From an uncultured Desulfarculus sp. (lineage in GTDB: Bacteria > Desulfobacterota > Desulfarculia > Desulfarculales > Desulfarculaceae), in NCBI GenBank assembly GCA_963665125.2, contig CAXXUK010000001.1, positions 1,088,001 through 1,152,000 on the forward strand: a stretch of DNA of 64,000 nucleotides. The letters are read 5' to 3'. Shown piece after piece: positions 1 to 9,664 of the stretch. The notes beneath the pieces were generated by a model. It was not told the origin of the DNA and searched no databases. It was given only the letters and a program-made list of their open reading frames with translations. The translations under genes were made by a program, and so were the position numbers. How positions within the stretch are numbered: the stretch's first letter is position 1; each line of letters begins with the position of its first letter.

Positions 1-12
1 CCCAAAAAGCAA

Positions 13-44
13 AACGGGTTACAGCACTGCTGCTGCAACCCGTT
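13..44 (-). terminator. Hairpin downstream of tRNA-Pro, probable intrinsic terminator
   Basis: AACGGGTTACAGCA / TGCTGCAACCCGTT inverted repeat, followed by a T-rich run on the minus strand. Confidence 0.6.
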
Positions 45-53
45 GTTTGCGAG

Positions 54-130
54 TGGTCGGGACGACTGGATTTGAACCAGCGACCCCTTGAACCCCATTC
101 AAGTGCGCTCCCAGTCTGCGCCACGTCCCG
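54..130 (-). tRNA. tRNA-Pro(GGG)
   Basis: Reverse complement CGGGACGTGGCGCAG...CTTGA-ATGGGGT-TCAAG...GGTTCAAATCC...CGTCCCGACCA; cloverleaf, T-loop, encoded CCA. Confidence 0.96.
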
Positions 131-172
131 ACGAGCGATTATGTACCATCGCAGGCCCTGGTTGTCAATCAG

Positions 173-1363
173 CTAAGCCGCCCTAATCAGTTGCAATGCC
201 ACATTTTCCAGGGCCTTTACAGCCGCAAGCAGTTCCGCGCCCATGCGCCGGGCCGCGGGAAACCACCTTGATTCCGCCGCCGCGCCAGCCTGGTGGGGCT
301 CGATTCCCGCCAGGCGGCAGGCCTGGGCGTCCAGGACTTCATCGCCCCCGGCCCAAACCGGCTCCAGCAGTTCAACCAGAGCAGGCCAGTCCACGGATGC
401 GGATTCGGGGCGGCTGTTTTGGGCGGCAAAACGGCACAGGCGCAGCAAAGTCCAGAACTCCAGGCCCCTTGCCCCGCGCCGCCACAGGGGCATCTGGGGA
501 TGTCTGGGCCGCCATAGACCCCGTTTGCGGCCATGCTCCCACAGAGACCACGCCTGTTCAGCTTCCCTTTGGGCAACGGGATGGGGCGGGGAGGCATCCT
601 GGACTTGGGGCTCGACGGGCTCTATACCGGCCCAGTGTTGCCAGAGGTTTTGCATGGCCCTGCCGCCCGCCGCATCACCGGTGGTGTCCAGGTGGGCATA
701 CGAGGCCATGACTTTGCCCCGGCCGTATTGGGCCTCGATCATGGCCGCCCGGCCCCACAGAACCGCCGGATCGAGCCGGATGCCGTATTGTTTTTCTTTT
801 TTGATCAATTCATCCGGCGCCAGACTGCCCACGGCCACATCGGCGCAGTAAAGATCTTTCGCCGCGCCTTGATAAACGCCCACCGGTTGGGCTTCCGTGG
901 GCATGTCCTGGCTGAACTGGCCTGGAAACCAGACATGGAATATGGCTTCCTCGCCCAGTCCGCGCCAAAGAGGATGCTCCCGGCTGGCCCGTATGCGGAT
1001 GGGACCGCTGGCCGACTGCACCCTGCCTTTGCCTCGGCAGCGACCCAGGGGGATCAGGCCCAGGCCGTCGTTTTCGCTGAGGGCCAGCCCGCCGCCGCCG
1101 CAGAATCCCAGGTAATAGCCGCCCCCGTCGACGAATCGGCGGATTGCCTCGGCCCCGGCATCGCCAAGGGCCTTGCGCCTCAGCGATGGCCAGCCTCCGG
1201 GAACCACTAGCAATCTGCAATGTGCCAGGGCTCCTGTTTTGATTTCAACTGCGGTGACGGGTTCCACGGGCAGGCCAAGGGCCCGACATGATTCCAGGGT
1301 CATCAGGCCCCACAGGCCGCTGTGGTCCCAAAGCAGTTTGGCTAGGTGTAAGTTTTCCGGCAT
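173..1363 (-). CDS. BPL-N / class I glutamine amidotransferase-like domain protein
   Basis: LLVVPGG and GGYYLGFCGGG motifs; ATG at 1363 preferred to the 1405 start. Confidence 0.7.
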   Translation of the reverse strand: MPENLHLAKLLWDHSGLWGLMTLESCRALGLPVEPVTAVEIKTGALAHCRLLVVPGGWPSLRRKALGDAGAEAIRRFVDGGGYYLGFCGGGGLALSENDGLGLIPLGRCRGKGRVQSASGPIRIRASREHPLWRGLGEEAIFHVWFPGQFSQDMPTEAQPVGVYQGAAKDLYCADVAVGSLAPDELIKKEKQYGIRLDPAVLWGRAAMIEAQYGRGKVMASYAHLDTTGDAAGGRAMQNLWQHWAGIEPVEPQVQDASPPHPVAQREAEQAWSLWEHGRKRGLWRPRHPQMPLWRRGARGLEFWTLLRLCRFAAQNSRPESASVDWPALVELLEPVWAGGDEVLDAQACRLAGIEPHQAGAAAESRWFPAARRMGAELLAAVKALENVALQLIRAA

Positions 1364-1491
1364 TTTCGCGCAGGCCCCCGGCAGAGGTTGTAGGCAAGAC
1401 CTCAATATAGAGGATCAGGCCATCAAAATAAAGCGGGCAGGCCATAAAGGGCCCGCCCGTGGTGATTTGTACGGAAGCGGCGTGTGGTTCT

Positions 1492-2457
1492 TTATTCGGT
1501 CCGTTCCTTGCAGCGGAAGCGGCGCCCCGCCAGAAACACGCCCAGACCAGAACCAAGCAGCAGCAGGGTGCCGGGCTCCGGCGTTTCACCGCCGGGGGGA
1601 TCGTCGCCGTACCCCTGGAACGGGTTGAGGTTTTGCTGGATTGAACCGCTAAGGTTCTTGGCGATGACATTGCCCTGGATCACGCCCTGGGCATTGTTGA
1701 TGGTGGCGTAGGGGGCCAGAATGCTGCCCTCGACGCTGATGCCGCTGATCTCCAGATTTACCGCCTCGTAAAAGTTGAACAGGACCCGGTTGGAAAACCC
1801 GGCCAGGACCTGCTGGCCGCCGCTGAGTTTGGCGTTCTTGCCGCTGATGTTCAGGACGATCGTGGCGTCGTCGGGAATCCCGGACAGGGCGTGCCACCAG
1901 GTGGACTTGCTCAGGTCATTGCCGTCAAGGTTGAATATCTGCAAGTCGCTGGTGCCGTCGCCCTTGACCTGCATGCCGTTCCAGAGAATGCCGCTGCTGC
2001 CCGTTGTGGTCATGCCTGATAGGTTTTGCGACAGGTTTTGCAGATATTTTTCCTCGGCCGCGAAATCCACCGATAGGTTACCCACGCCCTGGTTGAACGA
2101 CTGGGAGCCGCTCAGGCCGTTGGTGACGCTTGAGTCCACATTGGCCTTTCCGCCGACCGAGATATTGCCGTAATAAACCCGGCCGCCGCTGTAGTCCAGA
2201 TTGCCGCCGACTACCAGCGAATCGCCGCTATAGCTCGAGTTCAGTTGGTCGCCCACGGAATAGTGGTCAAGTTTGGCGTTGCCGCCCACGGCCAGGCTGC
2301 CCTGGGTGTCGGACGAACCGGAAAAGTTATTGAAGATGAAAGTGTTGTATTTGCCCGCCGTCATCAGGTCGATGGTCGCGGCAAACGCGTTTACTCCGGT
2401 TGCCAATACAATGGCGAAGACCAGGGCAATGGTTGAATTTCTAAATAAAGTAGCCAT
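1492..2457 (-). CDS. Choice-of-anchor A domain surface protein with PEP-CTERM sorting signal
   Basis: Signal peptide; repeated AVGGNA/VVGGNL, FNFYEA and GSILAP motifs; C-terminal TPEPGTLLLLGSGLG-TM-RRFR. Confidence 0.88.
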   Translation of the reverse strand: MATLFRNSTIALVFAIVLATGVNAFAATIDLMTAGKYNTFIFNNFSGSSDTQGSLAVGGNAKLDHYSVGDQLNSSYSGDSLVVGGNLDYSGGRVYYGNISVGGKANVDSSVTNGLSGSQSFNQGVGNLSVDFAAEEKYLQNLSQNLSGMTTTGSSGILWNGMQVKGDGTSDLQIFNLDGNDLSKSTWWHALSGIPDDATIVLNISGKNAKLSGGQQVLAGFSNRVLFNFYEAVNLEISGISVEGSILAPYATINNAQGVIQGNVIAKNLSGSIQQNLNPFQGYGDDPPGGETPEPGTLLLLGSGLGVFLAGRRFRCKERTE

Positions 2458-2561
2458 GCTTCACGCTTTGATGTGGATAGTTGTTAGTCAATTCCAAAAT
2501 GATAAAGCATGGCTTTTATTCCGTCAATCAGTGTTACACAAATGCCTTTAATGGAAGGATG

Positions 2562-3542
2562 TCAATTCGAAATTGTGTTTAGTGATTTTACCAATAGCGG
2601 AATGAATTTTACCAAGTCTTCAACTATGCATACGTCGGAGACATTGAAAATCGCCGCCTGGGGATCGTTGTTGATGGAAACAACAAACCCCGATCCGGCC
2701 ATGGCCGAGACGTGTTGGCTGGCCCCGGAGATGCCTGCGGCAATGTACAGTTTAGGGGCCACGGTTTGGCCGGTAATACCCACCTGTTTGAGATAGGCCA
2801 GCCAGCCGGAATCACAAACCGGCCGGGAACCGGCCACAGCCGAGCGGTTGAACAGCGTGGCAAGCTTTTCGGCCAGCTCCAGGTTTTCCGGCTTGCCGAT
2901 GCCCCGGCCCACGGCAACGATGACCTCCGCGCCGTTGAGGTCGCTTTTGCCGGTCTCCCTGGGCTGCACATCAACATTACGGGTACGCCGCATATAAGGG
3001 TCGATATCGACGGTCTCCACCTTGCCGGGGCTGCTGGGGTGCCATTGGCGGCCGCTGAACACGCCCGGCTGGGCCAGCAGCACGGTTGGCCGGGACGCGG
3101 CCATGACCAGGGCATGTAGCTTGCCCGCCTGGACTTCGCGGACAAAGCCCAGACATTTCTCTGATTTTTCAACGCCCCTCACTCCGCTGACGCAGGAGCC
3201 GCCAAGGCGCACGGCAAGGCCAGGGGCGTAATCCATGCCCTGACTGGTGCCGCCGGCGACGATGTAGGCCGGTTTGTGCATCTGGGCCAGGTGCCCCAAA
3301 ACATGGCGCATGACTTCGCTGTTGTATGGGCTGTCGGTGCTAGCGGCGATTACGTCGATGCCCGTTTTTGTGGAAACCGCATGGGCTGCCTGTTCCGCGC
3401 CGGGGCCCACGGCCACTCCGATGATCATTGCCTCGGTTTTTTCCAGCATGGTCAGACAAAGGCTCACTGCTTCGTATGCGGAAGCGGCCGGTGCTCCGTC
3501 GGCATGTTCCAATACCGCAAATATCTGTTCAGGCATGATCAT
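2562..3542 (-). CDS. etfA: Electron transfer flavoprotein alpha subunit
   Basis: VAVGRG, AGSRPVCD, QVGITGQTVAPKLYIAAGISGASQH. Confidence 0.93.
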   Translation of the reverse strand: MIMPEQIFAVLEHADGAPAASAYEAVSLCLTMLEKTEAMIIGVAVGPGAEQAAHAVSTKTGIDVIAASTDSPYNSEVMRHVLGHLAQMHKPAYIVAGGTSQGMDYAPGLAVRLGGSCVSGVRGVEKSEKCLGFVREVQAGKLHALVMAASRPTVLLAQPGVFSGRQWHPSSPGKVETVDIDPYMRRTRNVDVQPRETGKSDLNGAEVIVAVGRGIGKPENLELAEKLATLFNRSAVAGSRPVCDSGWLAYLKQVGITGQTVAPKLYIAAGISGASQHVSAMAGSGFVVSINNDPQAAIFNVSDVCIVEDLVKFIPLLVKSLNTISN

Positions 3543-3546
3543 GCTC

Positions 3547-4320
3547 CTATATCAAGGCCTTGTCGTGCAGGATGGCGGCCAGTTGGTCGGCCTTGGAGGC
3601 GGCGTCGCCCTCAAGAACTAGGCCCTGTCGCGTACGGCCGGGCAGGCTGAAGGATGTCACGTTTTCCCTTGATATCGCCATGAAACTGGTGGGCTCTATG
3701 GTCTCGTGCCTTTGACTTTTGGCCCTGAGCAGGTTGGACAGGCTGGGATAACGGGGCTTGTTGATGCCGCTTTGCACGGTGAGCAGGGCGGGCAGGGTAA
3801 TTTCCAGGCCGTCGCGGCCGCCGCCTTCGGTTTCGCGCTGAACCAGGACATATTGCTTATCAGGTGTCAGGACAAGGTCAATAACCGCGGTGGCGCAGGG
3901 CAGGTCCAGCATCTCGGCCAGCATGGGGCCGACTTGGGCCCGCATCTGGTCTTCACTCATGATTCCGCACAGCACCAGATCGTACGATTTGTCCCTGGCA
4001 TAGTCGGCGATCAGCGAAGCCGTTGCAAAAGCGTCGAGGGCATCCGGATCGGGCGCTATGATGTGGACGCCATTGTCGCAACCCATGCCTATGGCCCGGT
4101 CAAGCACGGTCCTGGCCCCGTCCGGCCCCACGGTGAGCACATCCGCCGAAATGTTCTGGTGTTCTTTTTTCAAGACAACGGCGGCTTCCACTGCAAATTC
4201 ATCATAGCGGTTCATCTGGAAACGGGGCTGGCCGCGCCTGATCAAACCGGCCGAGTCTTCGCTGACCACGACGGGCAGCTCAGGATCGAAAACCTGTTTA
4301 ACGCATACCAATATCTTCAT
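3547..4320 (-). CDS. etfB: Electron transfer flavoprotein beta subunit
   Basis: MKILVCVKQV start, NRYDEFAVEAA, INKPRYPSL; directly upstream of etfA. Confidence 0.93.
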   Translation of the reverse strand: MKILVCVKQVFDPELPVVVSEDSAGLIRRGQPRFQMNRYDEFAVEAAVVLKKEHQNISADVLTVGPDGARTVLDRAIGMGCDNGVHIIAPDPDALDAFATASLIADYARDKSYDLVLCGIMSEDQMRAQVGPMLAEMLDLPCATAVIDLVLTPDKQYVLVQRETEGGGRDGLEITLPALLTVQSGINKPRYPSLSNLLRAKSQRHETIEPTSFMAISRENVTSFSLPGRTRQGLVLEGDAASKADQLAAILHDKALI

Positions 4321-4401
4321 CTTTCCAACACCTGGGTGAGATAGGTAATCAAATATGTAATTTAATTTATAGGCCTTTTGCAAAAAAAACAAGACAAAAG
4401 C

Positions 4402-4450
4402 GAACGATCGTTCTTTTTTGTTGACACGGTGATTCGGTTGTGTAAAAAAT
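4402..4450. promoter_or_regulatory. Palindromic operator GAACGATCGTTC beside a TTGACA -35 box in the divergent promoter region
   Basis: Perfect 12-bp palindrome at 4402-4413; TTGACA at 4421-4426; TetR gene in the downstream operon. Confidence 0.6.
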
Positions 4451-4503
4451 TATCTCGAAAGTGAGTGGACTTCACTTTTCCGAGGTGCTTTTCGAGGATT
4501 CAA

Positions 4504-5214
4504 ATGAGTGTGATTTATTTTATAAGGCACGGCCAAGCATCCTTTGGCAGCGAAAACTATGATCAGCTGTCTGATTTGGGACGCAGGCAGTGTGAGGTGT
4601 TGGGCCGGTTCCTGGCCGAACAGGGCATGGTCTTTGACGCCGCCTATAGTGGCAACCAGGTGCGGCAACGTGATACGGCCCAAATAGTCCTGGATTGCCT
4701 GAATGGCGGGGCATCCAGCACCGACCTGACAATCGATCCCGATTTCAATGAGTACAGTTCTTTTCACGTACTCCAGGCATTGTTGCCCCAAATGATCGAG
4801 GAAGAGCCTTCCATGGCAGATTCATTGGGGGACATCCACAAAAACAAAAGGTCGTTTCAGCTGGTTTATGAAAAGGCCATGTTGCGCTGGATAACCGGCA
4901 AGTATGACCAGCCGGGCATTGATTCCTGGCGCGCCTTTCACCAGCGTTGCCAATCGGCCATAGACAGGGCAACGGCCGCCCACCCCGAATCCGGCAAAAA
5001 AATCGCCGTATTTACCTCGGGCGGACCCTTGTCTTCGGTAATGAACAAGGCCTTGTCTCTCAGCGACGAGGTTACGCTGCGCATAACCTGGCAGATTGTC
5101 AACAGTTCGGTCACCGCCTGCAAATACAGCGACGACCGGTTCTTTTTGTGGTTTTTCAACGGTATCTCACACCTTGAACAATACGATCAAGAAAATTTGA
5201 TAACCTATCGATGA
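4504..5214 (+). CDS. Histidine phosphatase (phosphoglycerate mutase family)
   Basis: IRHGQAS motif, FNEY, VFTSGGP. Confidence 0.88.
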   Translation: MSVIYFIRHGQASFGSENYDQLSDLGRRQCEVLGRFLAEQGMVFDAAYSGNQVRQRDTAQIVLDCLNGGASSTDLTIDPDFNEYSSFHVLQALLPQMIEEEPSMADSLGDIHKNKRSFQLVYEKAMLRWITGKYDQPGIDSWRAFHQRCQSAIDRATAAHPESGKKIAVFTSGGPLSSVMNKALSLSDEVTLRITWQIVNSSVTACKYSDDRFFLWFFNGISHLEQYDQENLITYR

Positions 5215-5227
5215 CAGAGGGGTAATC

Positions 5228-6436
5228 ATGGACTTTGCCATATCTGAAAAGATGCAAACCATTCTGGGTATGATCAACGAATTCATCGACAAGGAACTTA
5301 TTCCTTGGGAGAGTGAATTTCTGACCAAAGAAATGGAAGACTTTGAGGATGTAGTCGCTGAAAAGCGGCGCATGGTCAAGGAGATGGAGCTTTGGGCGCC
5401 TATGCACCCCAAAGAGTACGGCGGCTTGGGCCTGAACCTGGTCGAATACGGCCTAGTTTGCGAAGCCCTGGCCCGCACTCCGTTGGGCGTGTTTGTTTTC
5501 GGTTGCCAGGCCCCGGATGCCGGCAACGCCGAAATCCTGCATAAATACGGCACACCGGAACAAAAGGATAAATACCTGCATCCCCTGATTCAGGGCGAAA
5601 TCCGCTCATGCTTCTCCATGACCGAGGTGGATCTTCCCGGCTCCAACCCCACAATGATGAACACCACAGCTGTGCTGGATGGCGATGAATGGGTCATCAA
5701 CGGCCAAAAATGGTATACTTCATCGGCTGATGGCGCAAAATTCGCCATCGTAATGGCCAAGACCGATCCGGATGCGCACAAATACCTCCAGGCCTCGATG
5801 ATTATCGTCCCCACGGACACGCCGGGCTTCAACCATGTGCGCAACATCCAGATCATGGGCCACACCGGCAGCGGCTGGCACAGCCACGCCGAGATTCTTT
5901 ATCAAAACTGCCGCGTGCCCAAGGAAAACCTGTTGGGGCCCCAGGGTCATGGCTTCGTCATCGCTCAGGAGCGCCTGGGCCCGGGACGCATCCATCACTG
6001 CATGCGTTGGGTCGGTATCTGCAACCGCTGTCTGGAACTGGTTCTTCAGCGGGCCACCACCCGCCAGATCAACAGCCGCGAGGTGTTGGCCGACCAGCAG
6101 ATCATCCAGACCTGGATCGCCGAAATGGCCGCCGAAACACAGGCCGCCAGGCTGATGATCCTCAACGCGGCCTGGATGATGGACACCATGGGCCACAAGG
6201 AAGCCCGCCAGCAGGTTTCGCTGATCAAATTCTACGCCGCCGGTATTTTGCAGGATGTCATGGACAAGGCCCTGCAGGTTCATGGCGGACTAGGCATGAG
6301 CGACGATACTGTGATAGCTTCTTTCTACCGGGGCGAACGCGCGGCCCGGATTTACGACGGAGTCGACGAGGTCCACAAGATGTCTGTGGCCAAGAGGATA
6401 ATCAACGAATACAAGGCCCAAAAGGGCATGAGCTAA
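5228..6436 (+). CDS. Acyl-CoA dehydrogenase, ACAD10/11 / LvaC-like clade
   Basis: CQAPDAGNAE, RSCFSMTE, AQERLGPGRIHHCMR, RIYDGVDEVH. Confidence 0.9.
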   Translation: MDFAISEKMQTILGMINEFIDKELIPWESEFLTKEMEDFEDVVAEKRRMVKEMELWAPMHPKEYGGLGLNLVEYGLVCEALARTPLGVFVFGCQAPDAGNAEILHKYGTPEQKDKYLHPLIQGEIRSCFSMTEVDLPGSNPTMMNTTAVLDGDEWVINGQKWYTSSADGAKFAIVMAKTDPDAHKYLQASMIIVPTDTPGFNHVRNIQIMGHTGSGWHSHAEILYQNCRVPKENLLGPQGHGFVIAQERLGPGRIHHCMRWVGICNRCLELVLQRATTRQINSREVLADQQIIQTWIAEMAAETQAARLMILNAAWMMDTMGHKEARQQVSLIKFYAAGILQDVMDKALQVHGGLGMSDDTVIASFYRGERAARIYDGVDEVHKMSVAKRIINEYKAQKGMS

Positions 6437-6486
6437 CAGCTGCCTCTAGTGCTCATGGCCTGGGCTTGATGGAGACTGTTGCGTAA

Positions 6487-7200
6487 ATGAATTTTGCCGA
6501 GTTCAACGAGATGGTCCATGTCTCGTGGAAAGACCTTTGTAAAAAGGTCTACGAGGACCATGGAGAGTCCATCAGGATTAAAAAAGGCAAGACGGTAGCC
6601 AAGAATTTGCCCCGCATTTTCGAAGCCGCCATGCGCATTAGCAACCAGTGCGGGTTTCAGGCCATGAGCATGCGCACCCTCAGCCGGGAGACCGGTCTGA
6701 GCATGGGTGCGCTGTACGCCTATTTTTCCAGCAAGGAAGAGCTGCTGGCTTTATTGCAAGAGGCCGGCCGAAAAGTTTCCGGCAATATCCTGGTCCAGTG
6801 CCTGGAAACCGTGGAAGGGCCTGTAGACCGTTTGCGCATGGCCATTAAGTCCCATGTTTTTCTCAGTGAGGCCATGCAGCCGTGGTTTTATTTCTCATAC
6901 ATGGAAGCCAAGAACCTCAGTGATGACGAAAAGGACAAAGCTGTTACCGGCGAGCTGTTCACTGAAAGCATCATCGCGGACATTATAAAACAAGGTCAGG
7001 AACAAGGTGTTTTCCTCAAATTGGACGCCCAGTTAATGGCATCGGCAACAAAGGCCATGATGCAGGACTGGTATGTCAAACGCTGGAAATACGCCAAGCG
7101 CGGCATCAGTGTCGATGACTACGCCGATTTTCTTATAGGTATCGTCGAAGCGCGTTGCCTTGCGCCGGAACAGCTCGATATACAACGCATAAGAGGGTGA
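6487..7200 (+). CDS. TetR/AcrR family regulator
   Basis: HTH GFQAMSMRTLSRETGLSMGALYAYFSSKEELL. Confidence 0.92.
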   Translation: MNFAEFNEMVHVSWKDLCKKVYEDHGESIRIKKGKTVAKNLPRIFEAAMRISNQCGFQAMSMRTLSRETGLSMGALYAYFSSKEELLALLQEAGRKVSGNILVQCLETVEGPVDRLRMAIKSHVFLSEAMQPWFYFSYMEAKNLSDDEKDKAVTGELFTESIIADIIKQGQEQGVFLKLDAQLMASATKAMMQDWYVKRWKYAKRGISVDDYADFLIGIVEARCLAPEQLDIQRIRG

Positions 7201-7206
7201 TTAATA

Positions 7207-8274
7207 ATGGACTATAATGATCCGGCCGGGGCGGTTCGCGAAGGCGAAGAACTGGATGCCGCGGCCGTTCATCGATTTCTCCTGGAACGCGTACCAGGGC
7301 TCAAGGGTGATATAGTCATTCAACAATTCCCTGGGGGGCATTCAAACCTTACATATCTGGTCAAGATCGGTGAAAAGGAAATGATCCTGCGCCGGCCGCC
7401 TTTTGGCACCAAACCCAAAAGCGGCCATGACATGCATCGCGAATTCAAGGTGCTCAGCGCACTCAATCCCGTATTCAAATATGCGCCAAAACCTCTGGCC
7501 TATTCCGATGATTCCTCCATAATCGGATGCCCGTTCTACGTCATGGAGCGGGTGTTGGGTTTTGTTCTGCGCCGCGAACCTCCGGACTGGGTGAAGATCA
7601 GCCCCGAACAGGCCAGGCGGCTGGCCTTTAGGCATATCGAGGTGCTTCACGAACTGCACAGCCTGGATTACAAGGCCGTGGGCTTTGGCGATATGGGCAA
7701 TCCCGACGGGTACTGCCGCAGACAGGTCGAGGGGTGGTGTGAACGCTATCGCAGGGCCCGCACGCCTGACGTGCCTGACTGCGAAGACCATATGAAATAT
7801 TTCCTGGAAAACATCCCAACGGAATCCAATCTTATCGGCATCGTGCATAATGACTTCAAATTCGACAACCTGGTCCTCAACCCCAACGACGTCACCGACA
7901 TCCTGGGCGTGTTGGACTGGGAGATGTGCACGGTCGGCGATCAGATGCTCGACATTGGTTGTACCATCGCCTATTGGGTCCAGAAGGACGATCCCTCCGA
8001 GATAGACAAAATGCGCCAAACCAGCACCACGCTGGAGGGCATGCCAACCCGCAGAGAACTTGTGGATTATTACAGGGAACTTTCCGGGTCAAAGCTGGAA
8101 AATTTCAACTACTACTACATCTTCTCAATTTTCCGTTTGTTGGTAATTCTCCAACAGATATATTATCGTTATTATCATGGCCAGACTAAGGATGAGCGAT
8201 TCAAGATATTTGGCCTCGGGGCGCATTTGATCGAAGATCGCATCAGGTGGGCCATGGACAACATCGATTTGTAG
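7207..8274 (+). CDS. APH-family phosphotransferase (ACAD10/11 kinase / LvaA-like)
   Basis: GGHSNLTY, LRRPP, HDMHREF, VHNDFKFDN, VLDWEM. Confidence 0.9.
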   Translation: MDYNDPAGAVREGEELDAAAVHRFLLERVPGLKGDIVIQQFPGGHSNLTYLVKIGEKEMILRRPPFGTKPKSGHDMHREFKVLSALNPVFKYAPKPLAYSDDSSIIGCPFYVMERVLGFVLRREPPDWVKISPEQARRLAFRHIEVLHELHSLDYKAVGFGDMGNPDGYCRRQVEGWCERYRRARTPDVPDCEDHMKYFLENIPTESNLIGIVHNDFKFDNLVLNPNDVTDILGVLDWEMCTVGDQMLDIGCTIAYWVQKDDPSEIDKMRQTSTTLEGMPTRRELVDYYRELSGSKLENFNYYYIFSIFRLLVILQQIYYRYYHGQTKDERFKIFGLGAHLIEDRIRWAMDNIDL

Positions 8275-8324
8275 ACTGGCGCCTGAAGGCGCCGGGGACA
8301 CCTCGGGAGAAAAGGGGATAACAA

Positions 8325-9656
8325 ATGAGCAAGCACACCGTAGCGGTGGGGAAATACGAAAAACCGTTTGATTCAGTGCGCCAGGTGGTGGAACTGGCCG
8401 GCGGATTCAAGGATATGCCCAAAGGGGCCAAGGTTGTCATCAAACCCAACATCGTCTTTTGGACTGCCGCCGTGCCATTTCCCAAGTTCGGCGCGTTGAC
8501 CACAAGCCGCATCGTTGAAGACATCTGCGTTCTACTCAAGGACGCCGGCGCTTCGGAAATAACTATTGTCGAGGGCTCGGTCACCCGCAATCCCAAGGAA
8601 ATGGAAGCAAGCGCCAAAGACGCCTTTGAAAAACTAGGCTACAACGAACTGGAACGCCGCTATGGCGTAAAGGCTTATTCCGTATTTTCCCGCCCGTTCG
8701 AAGAGAGGGATCTGGGAGACGGAGTGGTTCTCAAGTTCAACGCCGATATTCTTAATGCCGACTATGTTGTCGATATTCCGGTCATGAAGACCCATGCCCA
8801 GACAGGCATTTCATTGGGCATCAAAAACCTGAAGGGCACCATCGACATTCCCAGCCGCCGGGCCTGCCACAGCCCGGATCCGGTGAAGGATCTGCATTTC
8901 TGGGTAGCCCGGCTTTCGGATGCCATGCCACCGGTATTCAACATGATCGACGGCATCTACACCGCCGAGCGGGGTCCGTCTTTTGACGGTAAGATGCATC
9001 GCAGCAACCTGCTGGTTGCCTCCAGCGATATCTTCAGCGCCGACAAGGTGGGCTGCCTGCTGCTGGGCCACAAGGTCGAGGATATCCCCCACCTGATGCA
9101 TTACGCCAAGAACCACGGCCGCCCTTCGGACTTGAGCGATGTCGAAGCCAGGGGCGAAAGCATCGAAGCAAACGCCAAATGGCACGAGGCTTTCTTCCCC
9201 TATCTTACGGAAGGCAAAAACAGCATGCCCGAAGCCATGGCCAAGGCCGGCATATCGGGACTGAGCTATAAAAAGTACGACACCACCATGTGCACCTATT
9301 GCTCGGGTGTCAACGGCGCGGTGCTGTCTTCGGTGGCAATGGCCTGGAAGGGCAAGCCCTTTGACGATGTGGAAATCCTCACCGGCAAGACCATGAAACC
9401 GACCCCCGGCATGAAGCACACCATCCTTTTGGGTAAATGCATCTACCAGGCCAACAAGGACAACCCTGATATCAACCACTTGATCGCCATCAAAGGTTGC
9501 CCGCCAAAGCCTGAACAGATCATCGACGCGCTCAAGGAAGCCGGCATTGATGTGGACCCCAACATCATAATGAACATGGACCAGATGCCCGGATTTTTCC
9601 TCAAGCGTTACAAAGACAAACCCGAGTTCGATTTCGATCACTTTGAGGTGAAGTAG
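8325..9656 (+). CDS. DUF362 domain protein with C-terminal Cys-rich, probable Fe-S module
   Basis: VVIKPN and PVMKTH...SLGIKNLKG; C-terminal CTYC...GKC...GCPP. Confidence 0.8.
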   Translation: MSKHTVAVGKYEKPFDSVRQVVELAGGFKDMPKGAKVVIKPNIVFWTAAVPFPKFGALTTSRIVEDICVLLKDAGASEITIVEGSVTRNPKEMEASAKDAFEKLGYNELERRYGVKAYSVFSRPFEERDLGDGVVLKFNADILNADYVVDIPVMKTHAQTGISLGIKNLKGTIDIPSRRACHSPDPVKDLHFWVARLSDAMPPVFNMIDGIYTAERGPSFDGKMHRSNLLVASSDIFSADKVGCLLLGHKVEDIPHLMHYAKNHGRPSDLSDVEARGESIEANAKWHEAFFPYLTEGKNSMPEAMAKAGISGLSYKKYDTTMCTYCSGVNGAVLSSVAMAWKGKPFDDVEILTGKTMKPTPGMKHTILLGKCIYQANKDNPDINHLIAIKGCPPKPEQIIDALKEAGIDVDPNIIMNMDQMPGFFLKRYKDKPEFDFDHFEVK

Positions 9657-9664
9657 GCCGGGCC

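Noticed and set aside
2458..2561. PrsR enhancer / sigma-54 promoter upstream of the PEP-CTERM gene
   Set aside because: Only a weak TGT-N11-ACG match and no convincing GG-N10-GC.
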